Position numbers and translations under genes: made by a program. From positions 1,024,001-1,088,000 of the forward strand of contig CAWKKR010000007.1 of NCBI GenBank assembly GCA_963850305.1: 64,000 bases of DNA, read 5' to 3'. Of this stretch, positions 58,929 to 64,000 are shown one piece after another. Every line of letters starts with the position of its first letter. Within the stretch, counting starts at the first letter, position 1. The notes under the pieces were generated by a model. That model did no database searches, was not told the DNA's origin, and saw only the letters and a program-made list of their open reading frames with translations. The DNA is from an uncultured delta proteobacterium (lineage in GTDB: Bacteria > Myxococcota_A > Polyangia > Polyangiales > Polyangiaceae).

Positions 58929-60140
58929 ATGACAGCGTGTGAACCGCTCGCTCGTTCTGTGGCTTGGAATCGCCCCTTGAAGCGTCCCCTGATCGAGCTC
59001 TCGACGCACGCTTCCGTCCGCGAGATCGGAGAGCCTTCGTGGCAGTCGCTGGTGACGGACGAGACGCCGCCGTTCCTGTCCTGGACGTTCCTCGACGTGC
59101 TCGAGCGAACGGGCTGTGTCGATGCCGAGCGCGGCTGGCAGCCGTGTCACGTGGTGCTGAGGAGGGACGGAGCCCTCGTGGCGGCGGCGCCCGCTTACGT
59201 GAAGGGCAACAGCGAGGGGGAGTTCGTCTTCGATCAGGGCTGGGCTAACTTCGCGGAGGGCCGGCTCCGGATCCCTTATTACCCGAAGCTCGTCGTGGCA
59301 GTGCCGTTCACGCCGGCGACCGGACCGAGGCTGCTCGTCAAGCCTGGCGAGGACGAGGCGGAGTTGCTCCGGGCATTCGCGAAGGGCCTCGTCCAGCTCT
59401 CGGAGCAGCTACCGGTCTCGAGCGCGCACGTCCTGTTTCCGACCGTGGAACAGACCACTCCGATGGTCGAACAGGGGCTCGCGCATCGCTCCGGGATTCA
59501 GTACCACTTCAAGAACGACGGCTACGCCACATTCGACGATTTCCTCGGGCGCTTCACGTCGAAGAGGCGAAACCAGATCCGTCGCGAGATGCGCGCTCCG
59601 GACGAGCAAGGCGTCGAGCTCGTCGCGCTGGGCGGGGAGGAGCTCGGTCCGGAGCTCATCGATTTTCTCTACGACTTCTATCTCTCGACGGTGAACAAGT
59701 ACGTCTGGGGCCGGCAGTATCTGAACCGAGCGTTCTTCGAGGAGCTCTGTGCACGCGCGCCCGCGTCCGTGCTGGTCGTCCTCGCTAGGGAGCGAGCGAG
59801 CAGGAAGGCCATCGCGGGCGCGTTCAATCTGCTCGGCAAGCGAGCGCTCTACGGGAGGTACTGGGGCGCGACCGCGGAGCTACCCTTTTTGCATTTCAAC
59901 GTCTGCTACTACAAGGGCATCGCCGAGTGCATCGAACGAAGGCTCTCGCTCTTCGAGCCTGGCGCCGGCGGGGAGCACAAGCTCGCCCGCGGGTTCGAAC
60001 CGACGATGACCCACAGCGTGCATCATCTCGTCGATCGCCGTCTCAATGCCGCCGTGCGCGACTTCGTCTGGCGCGAGCGTGAAGCGATCCAGCAGCACCT
60101 CGCCGAGTACGCCGCCGACCCGGTCGTGAAGCGGGTCTAG
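58929..60140 (+). CDS. GNAT/FemAB-like protein (DUF482 family); start uncertain
   Basis: SEGEFVFDQGWA, YYPKLVVAVPFTPATGPR, LYGRYWG, FLHFNVCYYKGI, FEPGAGGEHKLARGF. Confidence 0.9.
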   Translation: MTACEPLARSVAWNRPLKRPLIELSTHASVREIGEPSWQSLVTDETPPFLSWTFLDVLERTGCVDAERGWQPCHVVLRRDGALVAAAPAYVKGNSEGEFVFDQGWANFAEGRLRIPYYPKLVVAVPFTPATGPRLLVKPGEDEAELLRAFAKGLVQLSEQLPVSSAHVLFPTVEQTTPMVEQGLAHRSGIQYHFKNDGYATFDDFLGRFTSKRRNQIRREMRAPDEQGVELVALGGEELGPELIDFLYDFYLSTVNKYVWGRQYLNRAFFEELCARAPASVLVVLARERASRKAIAGAFNLLGKRALYGRYWGATAELPFLHFNVCYYKGIAECIERRLSLFEPGAGGEHKLARGFEPTMTHSVHHLVDRRLNAAVRDFVWREREAIQQHLAEYAADPVVKRV

Positions 60141-60153
60141 GTCCGCGACCCTG

Positions 60154-60822
60154 TCACCGCACGACGGCAAAGCGCCAGCCGAACGTCACGAGCGCCGCGG
60201 CGCGGGCGCGCTCGGCATCCTTGCCGAAAGGGTCGTCCCAGCGGAGCACGCACCGGGCGCCGAGCCACGGCCCTTCCGACCACGCCGCGAGCGGCACGCC
60301 GAACCCGAGGGACGTCTCGATGCCCCGAGCGTCGCCGAATGTGCCGCCCTTCGGTTCGCGAAGGTAGCCGCCGAGCGAGAGCGAGATCGAGTCGACGGCG
60401 AGGTCGAGCACGCTCGACGCGCCTTCCATGTCGTTCGACCAGCGCGGGAGGAACGCCGGACGGAGGTCCACGCCGAGCGAGGCGAGCCGCGCCGAGCCGA
60501 GCACGGTGCCGCCGAGCGAGTCCACGAAGCCGGCGTAGATGCCCGCGGTCGAGAAGTAGTGGATGGACGTGAGCAGCGCCGCGCCCGTACCGTCCCGGGC
60601 GAGCTCCGCGCCGCCGTCGAGCGCGACGTCGAAGAATCCGTCGAAGCGCCCGTACACGCCGTCGTTCCTCCAGATCGTGTCGTCGGGTTTCACCTCGCCC
60701 GGCAGATGGCTCGTCGTCACGTGGCCCGGCTGCCACCCGGGCTCGGCGGGCTCGGCGCGCGCCGGCGACGCGCCGCCGATCGCCGTCAGAGCCGCGAGCG
60801 CGACGAGCGGGGCGCGCGTCAT
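60154..60822 (-). CDS. Hypothetical secreted or outer-membrane protein
   Basis: Signal peptide ending ARA, DGVYGRFDG, amphipathic strands. ATG overlaps the stop of the HD gene. Confidence 0.65.
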   Translation of the reverse strand: MTRAPLVALAALTAIGGASPARAEPAEPGWQPGHVTTSHLPGEVKPDDTIWRNDGVYGRFDGFFDVALDGGAELARDGTGAALLTSIHYFSTAGIYAGFVDSLGGTVLGSARLASLGVDLRPAFLPRWSNDMEGASSVLDLAVDSISLSLGGYLREPKGGTFGDARGIETSLGFGVPLAAWSEGPWLGARCVLRWDDPFGKDAERARAAALVTFGWRFAVVR

Positions 60823-62111
60823 GCTCCGAACAGAGGCGCGAGCGGCTCGCGCAGCTCGGGCGGAAAGATCAGGCGCACGCGCCGCAGGCATTCGCCCCGG
60901 AGGCGGCCCAGTAACACGGACACCTCGCTCGGCTTCATCGACGGACGCCCCGGGAACACGACGCGGAGCTGGTCGCTCGTGTCGTCGAACGGGTAGTCCC
61001 GGGCGACATCCAGATCGACATAGTAGTCCGGGTCGAACCCGTTCGCGGCCGCGATGGCACGGGCCGACTCGTAGAGCTCCCGGCTCGGCCCTTCTTCGCG
61101 CGCGTCGCCGTAGAGCTCGTGGGTCTTGAAGAGGCGGCGCGCATAGAGTCGGTCCGCGAAGTCCCGGACGATGGGATCCGCGACGGTTCGCCAGCTGCTC
61201 ATCGCCGTCCAGAGCGTGTTGTCGTCGAGGTCCAGATACTCGGAAAGCGGCGCTTCCCCACCTCGCGCGATGGACTCGAGCGCCTTCGGGACCGCCGGGA
61301 GCCGCGCCCCCTCGGCGAGCAGCTCGGACACTCGACCGAGGAGACGCGCCATCATCCACTCGCTCGCCCGGCTCGTCTTGTGGAAATACACATGCTGGAA
61401 CATGAAGAGCCGTCCCAGGATGAACGACTCGATCGCCGGCAAGCCCTTCGCCCCGTCGATGGCGAGGCCCGGCGCCTCGCCGTCCGCGCGCGGCTCGCCG
61501 AAGCGTAGACTCCGGAGGAGCCACCCGAGATCGAACATGCCGTACTCGACGCCCGTCGAGTAAGCGTCGCGGAGCAGATAGTCGCACCGGTCCACGTCGA
61601 AGGTCCCCGACACCATGTGGGCGAGATACGTGAGCCGGTGCCGGCCGTGCACGAGCTCGTTCACGCGCGACGGAAGCCCGGGATCGTTCTCCGAGAGCAC
61701 GCGGTGCACCTCGGTGGACGGGTCCATGAGGATGCGCGTCGTCCACTCCTCGTGGCTCGGTCCGCCGGGGACCGCTTCCTCGAAGAGATGCGAGAAAGGG
61801 CCGTGACCGACGTCATGGAGTAGCGCGGCCGCGGCGGCATCACGAGCGCGCTCCGTCGTCATCCGCTGCCAGAACGGAAGCACGTGGTCGATCTCCTGGA
61901 GCCGCCGGATGAACCGCGTCATCACGTGCGCCGCGCCGATGGCGTGGGAGAATCGAGTGTGCTCGGCCCCTGGATACGCGAACGACGTGAGCCCGAGCTG
62001 ACGGATGCGCCGGAGTCGCTGCACCTCCCGCGTCGCAAGCAGCGCTGGGATAATCGAGTACTCGTCCGACTCGAAGGAAACGAGCCCATGAACGGGGTCC
62101 CGCAGAATCAT
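60819..62111 (-). CDS. HD-superfamily phosphohydrolase (dNTP triphosphohydrolase-like)
   Basis: RDPVHG, QRLRRIRQLG, HTRFSHAIG, ALLHDVGHGPFSH, DVDRCDYLLRD, VYFHKT. Confidence 0.92.
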   Translation of the reverse strand: MILRDPVHGLVSFESDEYSIIPALLATREVQRLRRIRQLGLTSFAYPGAEHTRFSHAIGAAHVMTRFIRRLQEIDHVLPFWQRMTTERARDAAAAALLHDVGHGPFSHLFEEAVPGGPSHEEWTTRILMDPSTEVHRVLSENDPGLPSRVNELVHGRHRLTYLAHMVSGTFDVDRCDYLLRDAYSTGVEYGMFDLGWLLRSLRFGEPRADGEAPGLAIDGAKGLPAIESFILGRLFMFQHVYFHKTSRASEWMMARLLGRVSELLAEGARLPAVPKALESIARGGEAPLSEYLDLDDNTLWTAMSSWRTVADPIVRDFADRLYARRLFKTHELYGDAREEGPSRELYESARAIAAANGFDPDYYVDLDVARDYPFDDTSDQLRVVFPGRPSMKPSEVSVLLGRLRGECLRRVRLIFPPELREPLAPLFGA

Positions 62112-62519
62112 CGTCGCTCTTCTATTCGTGAAGCTCGCGTGGAGCGAATCCGAGTTTCGGACGCGCAACGACCTCGTGCACGTATGACCCGGGTCGGTCG
62201 TGACCCGCTGGAAACTGAGTAGTCACTGGGGCCGTGACTCCACCGCACTGCGTGGACACTCGCACTCGAATTCATTGGAAAATCGGCTTGAAGGACGGCT
62301 GCGTAGAATTCCGCGAAGGCCACGCGCGGGCGTGCAACTTTGCAAGGTGAAGGGTGTACGATCATTTCACACTGGTGCACTTTCGACAGATCGGTGGAAA
62401 TTTCGCGGGGGTGCATGCGAGACACGGCGAATAAATAGCCGGGCTCGGGGGTTGCGAAGAAAGGTCATTCACGTTACGTCCGTAATTGGGCGAGATTCGC
62501 TCAGGCAAGGTTGGGTGAG

Positions 62520-64000
62520 ATGTCGAAGGTACGCAGGAACATGGAGCCGAGTGGAGGGCGGTCGCGTGCGATTGGCCTGACCGAGGTTCTCCGGGTCCTG
62601 CCGGACCGGGAAATCAGCTCTCTCGTGGATCGCCTCGGGATCCACATCGACGCCGCGAAGCGTATAGACATCCCGTCCCAGGTTGCGCGCTCGCTCGTAT
62701 CGACGCCCGAGCTCCGGGACCTCTCACACTTCCCGGGCCCGACGCGGGAGCTCGTGCACCGCATCTCGGAGGCGAGGGGTGTGCTCTTCGTGAAGACGCT
62801 CCCGCCCGCGGTCGAGTCGCTCGTGGCGCGCGGCATCGTCTACGCGCGAGCGGCGGACGGTGGCGCGGAGCTCATCCTGCCCATCGCGTTTCTGCTCCAG
62901 CTCCGCCCCTGGGAAGGGGAAGATCCGCGCGGGGTGCGTGCCCTGCTCGCGCAAACGTCGAACGAGGTCGCGGGCACGATCGCGGCGCATTACCTCGGTC
63001 GCCCGGCCACGCCGCCGGTCGTTCTCGGTCTGGAAGCGGCGTGGACGGCGCTCACCGATCCGGAACGCCTCACCGCGGAGCTCGACGGTCTCGCGCCGCT
63101 CGAGCGCAAGCTCCTCCAGGCCGTGGAAGACGTCGGGGGTGAAGTGGACACGGAAGAGTTGCTCGATCTCGAGCGCGAACCGATGCGTCTCCGGGGCGCG
63201 TCGGGCGCGACTCCGTCGCGGCGCGGCGTCGGCTTTGCCCTCGAGAGGCGCGGCTTCCTCGTCCCGATACACCCGAACCGTCACATCATCCCGACCGAAG
63301 TGAGCGCGATCATCAGCGCGCGCCGTCACGAGGAGCGCGAGGCACGCCGTCGCGAGATCCGCACCTTCGTCCTCGGAGAAGATCATGCGCCGCGCCGCGC
63401 GCGGTTCGCTCAGGATCCGGCCGTGCTCGCCCTCGCGATGGCCCTCGCCGTCCGCGAGCCGAACGTCGAGGTGCGGATCGGCGTCGGCACTCCGCGCTCG
63501 TTCGTGTCGAAGCTCGCGGCTCGTTTCGGGCGGGACGCGGAAGCCGTCGCGCTCGTGGCCGCGCTGAGTCGCGCGAGCGGGCTCTGGGATCCGTCCGCCG
63601 CGGTCGCGAGCTCACCGCCCGGCTCGGAGCACGTCGCGGAGCTCGGTGAACTCCTGTTCCGCGCGTGGCGCCGCGGCGGCGCGTGGGACGAGGCGCGCCC
63701 TGACGGAGAGATGCTCCGCGTCGGCACCGAGACGCGAGAGGCGAGCGTCGTGGGCGTCGTTCGAGAGATGTTGCTCGAGGCGCTGCAAGAGCTCGGAGAA
63801 GGGCGCTGGGTCCCGTGGGAAGCCGTCGCGGGCTTCGTGCGCACCGACAGCCGCACGCCCGGCATCAACCGTCTCGTCGAACGATGGGCCCAAAGGTCGT
63901 CCATCGAACCGATGACCGTCTCGGAGATTGCCCATCGAATCACGTTCGAGAGCCTACACGTCCTCGGCGTCGTTGACCTCGGGGACGTGGACGACGATGG
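62520..64000 (+). CDS. Large hypothetical protein, runs off the window end
   Basis: Open frame from ATG 62520 (or 62541) reading RAIGLTEVLRVLPDREISSLVDRLGIHIDAAKRIDIPSQVAR, with high-GC3 codons and no stop noticed. Confidence 0.75.
   Translation, partial: MSKVRRNMEPSGGRSRAIGLTEVLRVLPDREISSLVDRLGIHIDAAKRIDIPSQVARSLVSTPELRDLSHFPGPTRELVHRISEARGVLFVKTLPPAVESLVARGIVYARAADGGAELILPIAFLLQLRPWEGEDPRGVRALLAQTSNEVAGTIAAHYLGRPATPPVVLGLEAAWTALTDPERLTAELDGLAPLERKLLQAVEDVGGEVDTEELLDLEREPMRLRGASGATPSRRGVGFALERRGFLVPIHPNRHIIPTEVSAIISARRHEEREARRREIRTFVLGEDHAPRRARFAQDPAVLALAMALAVREPNVEVRIGVGTPRSFVSKLAARFGRDAEAVALVAALSRASGLWDPSAAVASSPPGSEHVAELGELLFRAWRRGGAWDEARPDGEMLRVGTETREASVVGVVREMLLEALQELGEGRWVPWEAVAGFVRTDSRTPGINRLVERWAQRSSIEPMTVSEIAHRITFESLHVLGVVDLGDVDDD

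Noticed and set aside
62326..62345. Sigma-54 promoter (GG...TTGC)
   Set aside because: GG-to-GC spacing is off by one from the -24/-12 consensus.

Overview
High-GC bacterial DNA whose gene content points to a myxobacterium, probably Polyangiaceae-like (inference from the Ser/Thr kinase with TPR partner, Cys-rich and Gly-rich lipoproteins, and GC-rich palindromic repeats). Housekeeping genes include thiL, a class II B12-dependent ribonucleotide reductase with tandem NrdR boxes, an M16 peptidase pair, acetoacetate-CoA ligase, plsB, panB/panC, tmk, ilvE, a 2-oxoacid dehydrogenase E1-alpha, lpdA, pspA, a GNAT protein and an HD hydrolase. A long minus-strand MoxR/vWA/DUF58/ABC cluster occupies about 27.2-40.9 kb. 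The most notable element is an apparently complete IS110-family insertion (about 5326-6824). Its ~250-nt upstream non-coding region holds exact copies of both element junctions, the pattern expected of a bridge-RNA-guided recombinase, and it sits at the foot of a hairpin beside a REP-like repeat. Other oddities: a degenerate cyclase-STAND-helical protein coupled to pspA, an orphan truncated FlhB/EscU-like gene, an aminotransferase between panB and panC, degenerate orphan OppD/OppF ATPases, and two frameshifts at the same GATTCTCG motif. No rRNA, tRNA or CRISPR array was seen. All family calls come from motif recognition by eye, not database searches.
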